DNA of 64,000 bases from Balanoglossus misakiensis (lineage: Eukaryota > Animalia > Hemichordata): the NCBI GenBank assembly GCA_040954595.2, contig CM082584.2:5584110-5648109 (forward strand). Direction: 5' to 3'. The translations under genes and the position numbers were made by a program. Below the pieces are notes generated by a model. It was given only the letters and a program-made list of their open reading frames with translations, had not been told where the DNA came from and ran no database searches. This document shows, one piece after another, positions 44,001-57,632 of the stretch (the stretch's first letter is position 1; each line of letters starts with the position of its first letter).

Positions 44001-47000
44001 ACATCAATGGTTACAGAAAGGGTCAATCATTAAGATGATTAGGTGTTTGGTGATGGCTGTTGATGGACTTACCTTGGGATCTTGATCGCCATCGGATTTC
44101 TGCATCTTGCGACAATACCATTCTCTTATTTGATGACTTAATTCTCTGAGTTTGGGATGGATGGTATTTCTCTCATGGAAAATGAACTGTTGTTTAAATA
44201 ACTGCCTCTGTATTGATTCCAATGACTCTGTAAGCACAATGGTATTTCACAGCCGATTTCATGTCACTTTGCCAATCACATGTGTAGAACACATACAAAT
44301 TTTGCATGGAAAATACAATAAGATTTTTCCAACGTAGAAAACAGAAAAAGATAAGTAAAGCAACAAAGTTGGCCAACTCTTTTCGTCAAATCGTATAAAA
44401 AAAATTTAAAAGCTGATAACACTTTGACTAAAAATGTTGACTGATGTACTTAAATCATGACTTTTCAGGAATTGTTTAAACATGTATACGTTGATATTTA
44501 TTGGCCATTCTAAAATACGAAAATTGCGATATTTACCTGTCAGTAAATCTTCATGCTTGCCTTGTATAGTATTGATATAACTTATAGCACTGGACAAACT
44601 GCAATGTATCATAACATCAGCTACAGTGACTAGCGTGTGAAGCAGCAACACATTCTTGTAATTTTCTCTCTTTCTGTCTGTAATTTACACAAAACAGAAC
44701 AATTCGATAATTTGTAATAACCACAGTCTGACCAGTGCTAACCTTTTTCTAACCCCCAACCCTTTCACACCAAATTTACTTAAAAATTTTGATTAATTTT
44801 TTTACATATATAACCCACAAACACATCATATCCATAAGTATTGTTCCAAAGAATTTCAACGGATGTCAAATTTGCTCCTTTAGTAAGATAAAATTCTACC
44901 AGAACTTGTAAAACCTGATAATAAATGCAGCTACTAGTACTTCAGATAATTTCAACCTCACATGTCATACATTGTGTTTACTAAAATAAAACAGATTTTA
45001 CAATTATATTTCACCAGAGTATACAGATACATTTCTTTACCTTGGTTATTTTCTCCGTCAATCAATTTTTCTTGTTGTTTGAGAAGAAATCTGGTCACAT
45101 CCGGTGTGAGAGAACTGAACACGTATGATGTTGAGATGGCATTTTGATCTCTGAGTTCTCTTATGGGATCACTACAGGCACTCTCAATATATGATACCAT
45201 CTTATGAAAGTCATCTGAAATCAACAAAATATGTAAATTATAATATCCCTTCACTGTGGCACCATCTTTTCCCGATCTCCAACACAGACTATGGTTGCCG
45301 CCATCTTGTCTGTTGTTAGGACAGCACACCACCTTATGGCACTGACTGTATACAATTTTTGTAACCAGAGTCTCTGGTTTGGCACATGTGCATACGACGA
45401 TCGTTGCCCTTTAAAGCAACATGAGTTCAAATATGTCATTCTTGATTAGACTCTTTCCGTCGTGGTGTGTTCAAGATATATACCGGTACACAGAAGTCTA
45501 ATCAGAGCACTTAGGCTGCATTCACAAACACCTCTGGAGGGGGGGGGGCAGGAGAATTGAGGGGGGGGATTTGAAAAAATTGAGGGTATGTAAGGGGGGG
45601 GATTTGAAATAATTTAGGGACTGAAAGGGGGGGACTTGAAAACTTTAACGACTAAATATTTATTTTGAGTCCACAAAAATGCAGTTTCGCGCCCTTTATT
45701 TTACAAAATTTTCTAATGTGGGAGGGGGTGTCCCCCTCCCACATTAGAAAATTGAATTGAACTGGAGTTCACCCCCTCCATTCATCAACACCTTTCAATC
45801 ATTGACTGGTTTATCTAGTGTCCCAGATCAGGGGACTTGCCCCACCCCATGATAACTTTGAGCGGCAACGGTTAAATTTGTCCTCCCCAACATACCAGTA
45901 GTTGAGTTAATTTGCTTTTGCCGGGTTCATTAAAATGCAACTTTGAGCTCTGTATTTTAGAACATTTTCTTACGTGGGAGGGGGACACCCCCTCCCAAAC
46001 CCACCCCCTTCAATTCTCGGTTTACAATGTCTCCCAACACAGAATACAAATATATGTACTTAAAAAATAAAAACAATGTTCAGTTTTAATACCCACTGAT
46101 GAGGGGAAACATCAGCTTCGAATTCTTTTCATGGGAGCGCTGTTTTTCTTTTTACAAGATAGATAGGTGATGTGTTTTGCTCTGTGAAAGAAAATGGGGG
46201 GGGGGGATTTCAAAATTTTGGCAGTTCGGAAGGGGGGGATTTGAAAATATTGGCAGTTCGGAAGGGGGGCGTGTGAAAATTAGCGGTAAAAAAAATTGAA
46301 TTCTCCCGCCCCCCCCTCCAGAGGTGTTTGTGAATGCAGCCTTACCTGACATTTTCACAGTAACAACTTTACTTTTGTCTTTCTTGTGGTTGACTTTCTT
46401 AGCAGTGGATGCAATAGTGCTGCTGCATGGACTCCCTTGTTTATCTAGACTTTGTCTCATTTCTGGTGTTTTCAGAACTGCTCCTGGTGGAGTTTAAAAA
46501 AAATGAAAATTTATATTCTAAAACATTCTGCCATGCATTTTCTAAGAATAATTTTGCATTAATTCAAATATTCTGACTTTCAATTCATCATAATATTAAT
46601 TAATACTAATTAATTCTTGTAATTTTTAAACTTTGATAAGTCAGTCAGTGCTTAGTTTCTCTGTACCCAATCACCTCAATGATTAGTCTAGAATCCAGAC
46701 TTGTGTGTTCTTTTTCGCTATGCTCACGTCACAGTGAAAAAAAACCACTGGATCCTAGACGACTCAATGATACACTTACTTGCTGATTTCCCTTCAGGGC
46801 TTTCCTTCTTCTTGGACATTTGTGGCGGCGGTGTTTGAACATTTCCGAGTCGCAACATCATGAAATTGCTCAACGGATCAGTGTTTACTTGCTGGCATGG
46901 ATCAATCTTTGTCTCTACTCTACTACTTTCACTTTTCTGTAATTGTCTTGACATCTGGTGATCAACGGACTTCTCTTGCTGGATGCCGTATTCTCTCACT

Positions 47001-50000
47001 GCTGGCTGTGCTACGACATCACAACTCAGATCTGAAGCTGAAAGCACGAGATAAAAGCTATATATAACCTTGTCCTGCAACTTTTGATTTTACTGGGTAA
47101 ATGGAGCATCCATAAATATTGTTTATGTCAGATGAACACACCAGTACAACTTAGAGAAAAAAGTATATTGTAGAGCCAACATAATAGATGTATTTGAGAA
47201 AGTATATAACTTGATTTGAATGTATTTTTTCAATCTCTCACATTTATTGCATAATGAATTTAAGGTACAGTCCCAAGAACTGTTTAATGTTGAGTTTACC
47301 TTTTTGCATGAGAGTGTTGGTTGTGACAGACATTTCAGCAATCTCACTTCCCACTTCTTGTAGTCTGTCCTCATCTTCTACGTGAGATAAAAAGGGAAAC
47401 CCTTTAGTGGTGAAAAATTTGAAGATTTCTGCGATAAAATTGACTTGAGAAATTGGAAACACAACATGACTGCAGTGGATTGCCCAGATGCAGTGCATGG
47501 TTATCGCATTCAATGTAGATTGTGAGAAAATAGTATTGCAATATTGTCATTTTCTTAAAATTTTCACAAAAGGTGCCAAAAGATGAAAACACTATGTCAC
47601 CATGCTTGATTTTTTTAAATAGAGCTGTTCAGATATTTTCACCGTGGGAAAACTATAGCATGAGGAGTGCAAGAAAAGTGCTGACTCATCATTTCCCATA
47701 ATATTTTAGATCCCCTAACTGAAAAAGTAGCATGGGAACTCCCTATTTTTTGCATTTAAATTCATTGATATACAATACATATATATTAAGATTATGAAAA
47801 TGACAGCATTTTCAATTTTGACCAATCCCTTATTATCAACGTGTGTGCTATGATGTAGTAGAAAATCACCACCTTTCAATCAAATATATGGTATTCACAG
47901 CAAGCATTCCTCACACATTATTCCGGGCAACTTTCTGGTCAAATAAAGTTTTATTTGAATGCTTGGAATGGGGACTGTTATTGTTTCACCTTGAGATCTG
48001 TCTAATAAAGTGAACAAGTGGCCTCCAATAGATGTTTGGATTTCAAAGAATCCATGAATTGGCTTGTGGCAATAGAGGGCACACTTTACAACGACCATCA
48101 TCCTTCTTAACGTTGATGTTTGTTTCTTACCACAAAGGATGAAGACAGAGCTGTACTTGTCATATGTTTCTATGTCTTGTGTTTCTCTGCATTCATCTCC
48201 GTCACTCAGAAACTTATCAAATACACTACGATGATGTAAAATGGTTTTGCTGGACGCAGACAACGGGTCCCACGGCAGTTGCAATTCCAGATCGCTGCCA
48301 ATATTGTCTGTCCGTAGATCCAACTTTTCAATGGCACTGGCCGTTACTGTTGTTTGAGTATCTGTTGTGTCCTCAGCCAGACTGGGTTCTGTAAGGTCAA
48401 GTGAATGTGGCAACAGAAATGTTTATCTTGTGTAAATATTGATATAGCAAAGCAATATCAACCTTCAGCTCATTCACACAAGCATGTAAAGTTCCTCTTC
48501 TGTGTAAAGCTGGCCTGAGTTCAAAAATGCAGCATTGAATCAGACAGAATACTATGCATACTTTGTAATATGGATTTCTGACTATCGACACTTCAATTTG
48601 TCTCATGATGATGGTCACCTCAATTCTTTCCATCTTTCATTTCCTGACAATTTTCATATTTTTCATATGATCACTATCACTATTATTATAGTAATATAAT
48701 ACAAAATATTCTGATCATCTGCTATACTATACTACCACAGTGTTTACTGTTTCAAAGTCCCCTCTACTTAAAATGGACTTTTCTACTTCACAACATGCAC
48801 ATTTTTTGTATATACCTTGATTATAAGAGCCTTGCTAAATTTGGTTGGTGGGGATAAATATTTGTGAAATTCCATTCATTCAAGTATTTTTCAGGAACCA
48901 TGATTAGAATGGGAAATTTAGGAGAAAAAAGGATTGGAAGACAATCACTCAGCAGTATACTGAGATGTGGTTTAATAGACAATTACACCAATGACAACCG
49001 CCCCAGACATTAGTTGCGTAAACCTTTGAGTGGGGTGACTGTGAGTAAAACTTTGTCCATACTTGTCATGGCATGGCCCGGCCGAGCACGTGTTACTGAG
49101 TCAGCCTATAGTCTCTAAGCAACCTACCGAGAAATGTGAGACCAGTGACATCACTTAGACGTTTTTCACACTGCCAAATTTTATTCTCTTCTGTCTTCTT
49201 GTCATCCGACGACAGAATTACCCTGTGAGTCAAACAAGAGTGAACTTAAGTTCCAGTTTTTCATAAATATGTATAAATAAATCTCCAGTAAACAAATCAC
49301 TTTTGGCTAATGATTGACCTGTTCAGATATTAAATATGTAAAATATAAGCTAAACAGCACTATCTAAATTGGTTAGTATATTATTTACCACATGATATAA
49401 CTCAATAGTTTACTTCAATGACAGATATATAGGTATCATTTTCAGTTTATTACAGTGCAAGTTAATATACAATCCTTATACCAGATTTAAATAATGAAAT
49501 ACTGTATCAAAATTTATAGCAGTTATTTTTCAACATAAAATGATCAATACTGTGTACCATAATCAGGGCATACAGTATATAGACACCTAAGGTTTGTTTA
49601 TTGCATTGGTGCACCCAACTCATTGGCAATAGATCCTTTAAAATGGAGAAGTTTGCTTTGCAAGTATTATGAAATTAAAATGCACACTGGGTCACATATT
49701 AGCCACACAGATACATGTACATGTACCTCTACCTTGTATCTATATTATAGGATACTTTTTTTCTGCATTATGTGCTACAAAAGTACTTCACTTACTGAGT
49801 ATTGTCTGGAGAAAGTTGACAAGGTTCTAATGTGTTGATCATTTCAGATAAACTGTGATGAGTTACATTGTTGTCATCTCCCATGGGTGATTCTAACATT
49901 ACTGACTTGACTCTGTCTCTCTCCTCTACACTTTCTTCCAATCCTACAGGAGAACAATTCTGGTTTATACTTGTAAGAACAAAGCTTTTACAATTTTGAG

Positions 50001-53000
50001 GGCAATATATTTCTAAAAGTTGAGATCTCGTTTGAAACAGAAGTTCATATGGAAAAAATCCCAAGTACATGTAGTTTGTTTTTGTGTTACCTACTCCTGT
50101 CAATAAATGACAGTGCATGCTTGAAAGAATGAGCTTTAAAATGTATGAAAATCACATAGCCAAAATTATTTGAACTGTACTGCACTTATGTCACGTAATT
50201 CTAATTCAATATATTTCTTCCTCGTCTCTGAGTATTTTAAGAAATGAAGTTATAAAAGAAAAAGAGATTACCTTGACCGTTGAGTACTATAAAGTCTTCG
50301 ATCTTTGAATTCAGTTCAGCCTCAGGTGACATTTTGCACAATTGATCGGTTTGGTCCATGGATTTGTCACGACTTTTAATCATTTCTAGATGTAAAAAAA
50401 CATATGTTGTTAAAAAAAGCCAATAAAACACCAGTGACTGATGTCACGAACAATCTGTTCATTCATACAACAGATATTTTACACAAAGAAAATTACTGTT
50501 TATTCATCCAATTTTCACTATGGTAGTACAAGATATGTTACGCGTTCAATACTACTATTATTAAAACCTGAATTATATTTAGTAGGACATGTCCTGAGTA
50601 GCAGAAAGTATTTGGTCAAACAATATCCAGAAGCCCATAAAATTATGAAAATTCTGTTCAGTTATTTATAATATAAGCTGATATATTAACTAGCACAGTA
50701 CTGTAATAAAACAGCTGATTGTAAAGGTCATGAAAGGAATTCTCCATATGTCAAATAAGCTCATAATGTTTGAAACACAACTACTCGGATATGTTCTTTT
50801 AAAAATCTGTTGATTGGAGACAAATGAACTCAAACATACAGCTGAATATTCAGGAAATGGCAAACAATTGTCTCTTTCTGAATGATTTGTTAAAATGAAA
50901 ATGATCATAAAGAGGAAGCATTATGATGATTAATCTTTTTATGACATTTAGCATTGAAATTTTATTCCTTAATTTATTGTATGGCAATTCATATTCAAAG
51001 GTTTGTTAAACACATCATGTTGGGTGTAATAATTTGTCATTTCATTTTTGCATATGCTGTGTAATTTTGATACAACAATGTCAAGTGCTCCAAGTTGCCT
51101 TGCAAGTATATATCAAAAGTTAAGGCTTGTTCTCAGTGTTTATATTAAGGGCAGTAACCAGGTAAATGTTACCATGGTTCCCCCCCCCCCCCCCCCCAGT
51201 AATTTTACCGGAGTTCCTCTCGGTGAATCACTGTGGTAGTCGAAGTGTTACTGGGGTTCCCAAATCATCTACCAATGTTTCTCTACCTTAAATAATGCTT
51301 CTGCATGCAAGTGGAATAATACGTCACATAGCAGAGTTGGTCTGGGTCGATTTGACATTGGTATGTACACTTACGGTAGACAAATACAGGATGGTAATAT
51401 GAGTGATGGTCTGTCTGACACTAATCTCTTTGTCACTGGTCACTGTGTTGATTTGATTCATGATGGCCAATAAATTAATGCACAAAATGTGTCTCTACAA
51501 TCGGTTGACAACAAATATTCAATCTTCGATACTTAATTTTGATGGTGCACTGTATTCCAGAAATAAACCTCTTCAAATAGTCATCAATTTCCTGGCTATT
51601 TTAAATTAATTAAACTAATCATGGCAATCAAACTAAGTTAGCCCTGCATTATTAGAAAAATCATATAATAGGCAGTCTATATATTTGTGTGTATTTTTTA
51701 CCTTGTTCATGATGTGGTACATCTTTTCCAATGTCTTCTTGTCCCAACTCAAACATATCTTGAAGCTTGTGTACGGATGGAACACCTTCCGTTTCAAGAC
51801 CACATACTGTGGTGTTTTCTGCCATCAGATCATCATCTAGAAGTCCAATCTATTGATTTCACACAACATATTATGTCAAATTAGCAAGTTTTATGAAAGT
51901 CGTAACAGCAATGATGAACACAAAGCTGTCACTGCACAGAGAGGTGTACAAGATGGCAGCCAGCAAAAACAACTGCAGCGTGACCACAATCTCTAATTTT
52001 TCTGACATACTACTTAATTCTTGCCCACAAAGCAAACACTCTCTCCCACCTCAGCCCCCATATTTTCTTTCTCCAGTCAATTTCACCATCTATACATGTA
52101 CTCCATAATTTTGCAATCTACTTTTGAACATCAGTATAGGCTTCAATCTTATAAAAATCAGATATAGAGTTAGGCACAGGTGATAGTTTTAGCTATTCTG
52201 TTATACTTTCAGAGACCGACTGCCTACAATCAATCTAATTTCACACACTACAATCATACATTTGACTGAAGTCGATATATCTGAAGGTGTTTTTTTACCT
52301 GAGTTTCATGAATATTAGTTTTCAAGAAAATTTCTCCAGGCTCTCCAGGGGTTACGTCATCTTCTGGCAAATCATCACTCAACCTGAAAAGTGAAATATC
52401 AAAATATTATTTTTCTTACAGAATTGAGTGAGCAATGCTTGAAACAATGCCAATTGGATCGTGACACTAGTGATCGTCTATACAACAAATTTACAAACGT
52501 ATTCCAGTAAGCAATTTTAAGCAATATACATCTACTTGTGTCAAAAGTTTTTCTTAAATTGAGTTGTAGTTATTAACATGTAAATGCCACACTGACCTTG
52601 CCATTGGATTCTCTTGGAATGGTTTTCCATCCTTGTCTAACAAGGGATCACAGACTGACTGTACAGGTAGCCTCTCGCATAGGTGTTCCAACTTTGGAAG
52701 ATTCCGACATTCCCGGATATCATCATCTGCTATGGGCTCTTCCAAGCACAGTTCATCTCCTACAATTCAGTACCAATGCAGTAAATAAAATCCCATAAAC
52801 ATCCCATAAACATAGCAATAAATAAATTAACAGAAGAAATATAATATTCGCTATATAAAAGAAAAGTTTTACAAAAAACCCTATCCAGTACATTTCTGTT
52901 TCTTACCCTTTTCAAGAGCATTTATTGGTGGTGCCAAATCTTCCTTGTCAAACACTTCTAATTCATCTTGCAGTAACAGCTGCTGCTGTTTGAGTTGTTG

Positions 53001-54614
53001 TTTGATTTCTTGCAATTGATGATTGGTTGGAAGCGGAGAATCGGGGTTAGAGCTTGGAACAATTTCCAAGTCATCATCATCTTCTTCTTCCTCCTCCTCA
53101 ACAAGCAATTCAAAACTGCTGAAAAATTATTAAGCATACACACAAATAGATGTTTTTTCCCATGTTAAACTATACTGTCAGATCAGATGATCATCAAAGC
53201 ATCATTTCTTCTGAACTGCAGGACTGCATAGGAGAATTTTATGCATTTTGGCACTATAAACGTTGCATGCCAAACTCCGAAATTTAAAAATCCCTGGTCT
53301 TCTGTGGAAATTTTATCCACATCCTCCCTTACCTGAACGACTCACAAGCTTGAATTGAATCTGGATGGCAGCAAAGTTCCTTGATGTCATCTGCAATATC
53401 TGCCTGATCAAACTCTAAAATCTTATCTTTATTGGACACTGCAATAGAGTGGAACATTGAGACCAATATTGTACTTCTAGTATGCATTATTAAGTTGATT
53501 CAGCTGACACATTTTGTTCATTTAGGATATCAAAAAAACACCATAGACTTATTTTCCTGGTGTACTATTAAAGGATTGAAATTAGTTTCAAATGTGTTGA
53601 TCAATGCAAAATAACATATCTAAGTCACAATTCTGGTGCTCTGTGCACTGTTACTATTCATAACTACTAGGTAGTAATTAGTATTATTATATATAATACT
53701 GAAGATTGTCCAGTATTAGGCAGTTAGTATCTTTTTTTGCCAAGTCTTAAATTTTCTAGTCTGTTTTTGACTGTTCAAGTCATTTCTTATTCTTTAATCA
53801 CTGCTGTAGCAGCTTTGGTGTGGGGCAGCCCTTGGTTGTTGAATAGGCCTTATAACGCTGGAATACATGAAGAATGTGGTGCACGCATGCAGACTACAAT
53901 TACTGACATGTTCTCTGTAAAACAGGTACTGGAGAAGTAACACAGTGGTACAAACAAACACTCGTCATAGGAACGCTATGAATTGTTGATATGCATGACT
54001 TTGTAGCATTTGGGCCACTTGAATCTCATGTTTCACCGACTACTTTTCAGGTTCACATTACAGAACTTTTCTAAGGTGGCTTAGTAATGCTTGTCTTGAG
54101 ATGTTACAGGTGTTTCAATTTCTGTATTTGCATACTCTTGGCTACTGATGAATCATCACATCTTTCGAGCTGGTACCACTAGTCTCCACATCCAATCCTT
54201 TATTTTGTGTATGCATTCACCATGGATACCGGGCCACTGTATCCACATGCTTATGTTTATCACACCACAAGATCTTTTAATACCTGGACATGTACATACC
54301 ATGGGGGTAAATAGACTTAGTATTTCAAAACTTGAATGAGTAATTGGGCACATAATCATGCAGAAACTCAATCTGCCTCACCAGGTAACCACAACAAAAT
54401 ATTTCAAGTTATATTGTACCATTCTTTGTCTCTTGCCCATTTTTCTCTCTGCAGCCAACTCTTTGCATTTCAAACCGTTCTAGGTTTATAATTTACTCTC
54501 ATTGCTACAAGTCTAATGTAATCATCCCATTAGGTATAGAATTGTCTTAGTTTAAAACTCTTGTAAAGTTTACAACAATTAAACTTATTTTCAATGCTTC
54601 TGCATCATCATCAC

Positions 54615-54648
<34 letters not shown>

Positions 54649-55232
54649 GAAAAAATCTGAAGATGACGATGACAGTCATCATCGTCATCTTCAGATTGTA
54701 TACTTTCAAACCACAAAAACATTATTTTGGTAGATGCTTTCAATCTCTTCATTGCTATCAATTTGTACTTACCCCTCTTCCAAGGCGTACGGTAGAGAGT
54801 CTCTGCAATAACACAGTGTGGGTAGGACTCAATGCATTCTAAATGAGCTGGTAAAGTCAGCAACAAGCGGTTCAAAAGTGCCTGGTGTTTCTTCACAGCC
54901 TACAAGTAAAGTTACACACATAGTTTGTATTGGATATTCACTTTATCTGTGATAGTCACTCAGATCATTATAAAGTCTGTTCAAATTCAATGGAGATATC
55001 ATTTAGTCTTTCAATGACATGCTGTGCTAATTTTTTCACTTAAATAATTGTTAATTTTTTCACTTTTTTTTCACATTGAATGACTAAATGACAAAATAAC
55101 AAAAATTCATTACTTATGGAATATGTTTATTTCTTTGGCATTTCTTCAAACAATGGAAAACTGTAAACTTTTATTCTTCATCTCATGAATACTTACATCT
55201 TTCACATAGTCTATGGCTAAAAATCTGGGCAT
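38074..55232 (-). CDS. SHOC1: Shortage in chiasmata 1 (SHOC1/C9orf84/ZIP2H), XPF-like meiotic crossover factor, multi-exon
   Basis: N-terminal exons 55197-55232 ([12 protein letters not shown]), 54773-54899 (YRTPWKRV), 53333-53438, 52907-53118 ([10 protein letters not shown]), 52597-52759 ([15 protein letters not shown]). Middle exons include [10 protein letters not shown] (about 46780-47030), [10 protein letters not shown] (about 45040-45214), HPKLREL and [15 protein letters not shown]-like exon at about 41181-41438 ([20 protein letters not shown]), HhH-like exon at about 39853-40003 ([16 protein letters not shown]), and last exon ending [22 protein letters not shown]-stop at 38074. Not every internal exon boundary was fixed. 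Confidence 0.9.
41533..41617. mobile_element. Tiny piggyBac-type MITE, copy 2 (opposite orientation)
   Basis: ttaa|CCCTTTCACC...GGTGAAAGGG|ttaa. The interior is a reverse-complement homolog of 6251-6329. Confidence 0.75.
45514..46341. mobile_element. PIF/Harbinger MITE copy 3
   Basis: Same TIRs, TSD TTA at 45511-45513 and 46342-46344. Lies in a SHOC1 intron directly at the splice donor. Confidence 0.9.
54603..54647. repeat. (CAT)n microsatellite in a SHOC1 intron
   Basis: Trinucleotide run that produces the spurious poly-His and poly-Met ORFs. Confidence 0.9.
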
Positions 55233-57309
55233 TTTCAGATATTCATTGATGCACCATAATTGTACTGTAATAAAAAAAAAACATGTAGAAATGTGACTTT
55301 AGTGTATTTTCTGAACATGTACATGCAAGTTGGTTATGTCATCCACATGATGTAATGATCATTTTGTTTTCTACGACTAATAATACCGGTAGTAATATAC
55401 AGGCTGATTTCAAAGGTACAATGGTTTCCAGAACAACAATTGAAAACTAAATTAAAAGTAGGCACAGGGGCAGAAACTCCATCCAAGTTTAATACTTATC
55501 ATTGGAAGGGAATTTACACATCAGAAGTTTACCAATTGGTATTGAAAAATTGGTATTATTGGCATTTGTTATGAATACAAAATAACATGGAGAAAGACAC
55601 CCTGGAACTTTACATTTGCTATTCTCGGACATCTGAGAACAGAGCAGCAAAGTATGACCAGCAAATGTAAAAATCGAGCCAACTCTGATTTTAATAAGAC
55701 TGCCCAGGACCAGTACCAGTAAAACTACTGCATAATGGGGCTTTTAATTAATTGGAGAATGATATTATGGTAATTAAAAATATAAATCTGCCAAGTGAAG
55801 ATGGCAGATTACAAAAGCCACCCAAAGCAAAAAAAAGTACACAAGTATCGTGGCATTAAAAAGTTGACGACTTAAGAAAGTGGCAGCTATTCGGGCTTTA
55901 TAAAGATTTACTCCTGTAGTTTTGTGAAATGGGACAGTGTTCTTCTCAATCTCAGCCTAGGACTATCTGACAGTGGCTAATTTGCATAACAATTTAGTAA
56001 ACAATTTTTAATGTTAATGATTTCTAGTTCAGTTGTGCTGGTTTGAAATTTGCCAGAAGGGAGGGTGTTCACCAGGTTCTGCTTTTTTTTTCGATTGGTG
56101 GGTGGGGGTCAGTGACTTTTTGACAACACATGCCGGACAAATCCCCCGGCAACATCGGACACCTCCCCCCCCCCCCTCCCCCGGAGAAACTGACCAGTTC
56201 AGTCCCAAACACTGGTCTAAATGAATATGTATTCTTTTTGACGTTTTAAAAAATGTACAAAACAAATTTGGCTGGATGGAACGAGTCAACTGACACAACT
56301 ATCGAAGGAGCATCTTTTGCAATGATGCTGGCGGGACACAGCACAGAGTTGGGAGAGCAAATATGTCGTCTGCTTCTACATGATCATCACTTCGTGACCC
56401 GGTCGAGTTTATAATATCATTCATGGGATCCGGGATCCTGATCTCTGTCTTTGTCATAACTATGCGTGCAAAACGGTGCATGGTCCGTGTTGGCACTGTA
56501 CATGATCATATCTGTTTCTTTATTTACGGGGTCAACACAAATGACACAATTTGAATTACCTCATAGTCATGCGTGCACTACTGCTATCCGGCTAAACATA
56601 CCTTATCTGATGGGTTGGACCACTGCCATCACTCAGATATACCTGTATGGATGACTCATATTCCAACAAGGGCAAAGGCCTTTAGACTTTAGTGTAAATT
56701 GTAATGAATCATACAAGTTTGCAAGACATCAGCTCAGATCTTCATGCCAGGCTTACGTCACCACATAACTTTTCCCACACAAAAAAAAGTTTTACCCGAA
56801 GATCATCAAGATGAAGGGCTGATATCCAATCAACGCCTTCGTTTCAATGCGTGTGCGGCAAAACGAAGTTACCAGAGATGAAAGAACAAAGGCCCGACTT
56901 CTGAAAGTATTCTGACAATCTTTAAAGAGGCAATACGACTAGAATTCGGATTAGATTCGCGTTTTATTGTAATGTTCACAAACACACCCACTCTCTGTTT
57001 TATGTTTCACATTATTAGACAGTAATAAAACAACACGTACACAGGAGGCATATGAGGTCAATCTTGTGGGGGCGGTGGTTAGGTGTCTCCCAACACGTCA
57101 GCACATAGTCCCTTATTTGAGTTGCTAACTTCAATGCGCGCCTTATTACATATGGTAAAGCACTGTAAACACTTGATGTTTCTGCCGCAAATGATGAAAT
57201 GACTTCGCCAATGTCTGTGTCTCGGTTAAGTTGACGAATACCGAGCTTCCGATTCAAGACAGGCGTATGTATACATATATAGTTCCGGGTATTCCGGTCG
57301 GCAAAGCAG

Positions 57310-57430
57310 TGACGTCATGCATGGATGACCGTGAACGGTTCGTGCAGTGTAGTAGCCAAAGTGATTTGCCGGCTGACCACTGTACAAGCGAACAAGCAAG
57401 ACTAAAACCGTGCACATATATGTTATATAA
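57310..57430 (+). promoter_or_regulatory. Putative UGCG promoter: CRE and TATA-like box
   Basis: TGACGTCA at 57310-57317 and TATATAA at 57424-57430, about 200 nt upstream of the ATG. Confidence 0.4.
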
Positions 57431-57632
57431 GGACTGTCCTGGATTTAGTGATGTGAGTCAACAGAGAGTTGAACACTACCATCCATCTGCGATGTGCCTA
57501 GAATGTTGTAAACACCGTCTCTGACCCGCCCGAGTAGCAGTACACATTTGATTGTGGTCTTCTCTCTGTTCGTGTGTAATTGAATATATACGACCTTTGA
57601 CTGTGGGGATCGGCAGCATTTCTGCTGTTGAA

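Noticed and set aside
46152-46345. ORF extension [12 protein letters not shown].. (and similar ORFs at 36609-36895)
   Set aside because: Read-through into the MITE TIR, with no transposase motifs.
54591-54842. Poly-His and poly-Met ORFs
   Set aside because: (CAT)n microsatellite. Only 54773-54899 on the minus strand is a real SHOC1 exon.
55400-55916. Possible TA|CAGG..CCTG|TA Tc1-like element
   Set aside because: The inverted match is only about 4 bp, which is not enough support.
56299-56496. 65-aa ORF between SHOC1 and UGCG
   Set aside because: No recognisable homology or clear splice context; probably a chance ORF in promoter or UTR sequence.
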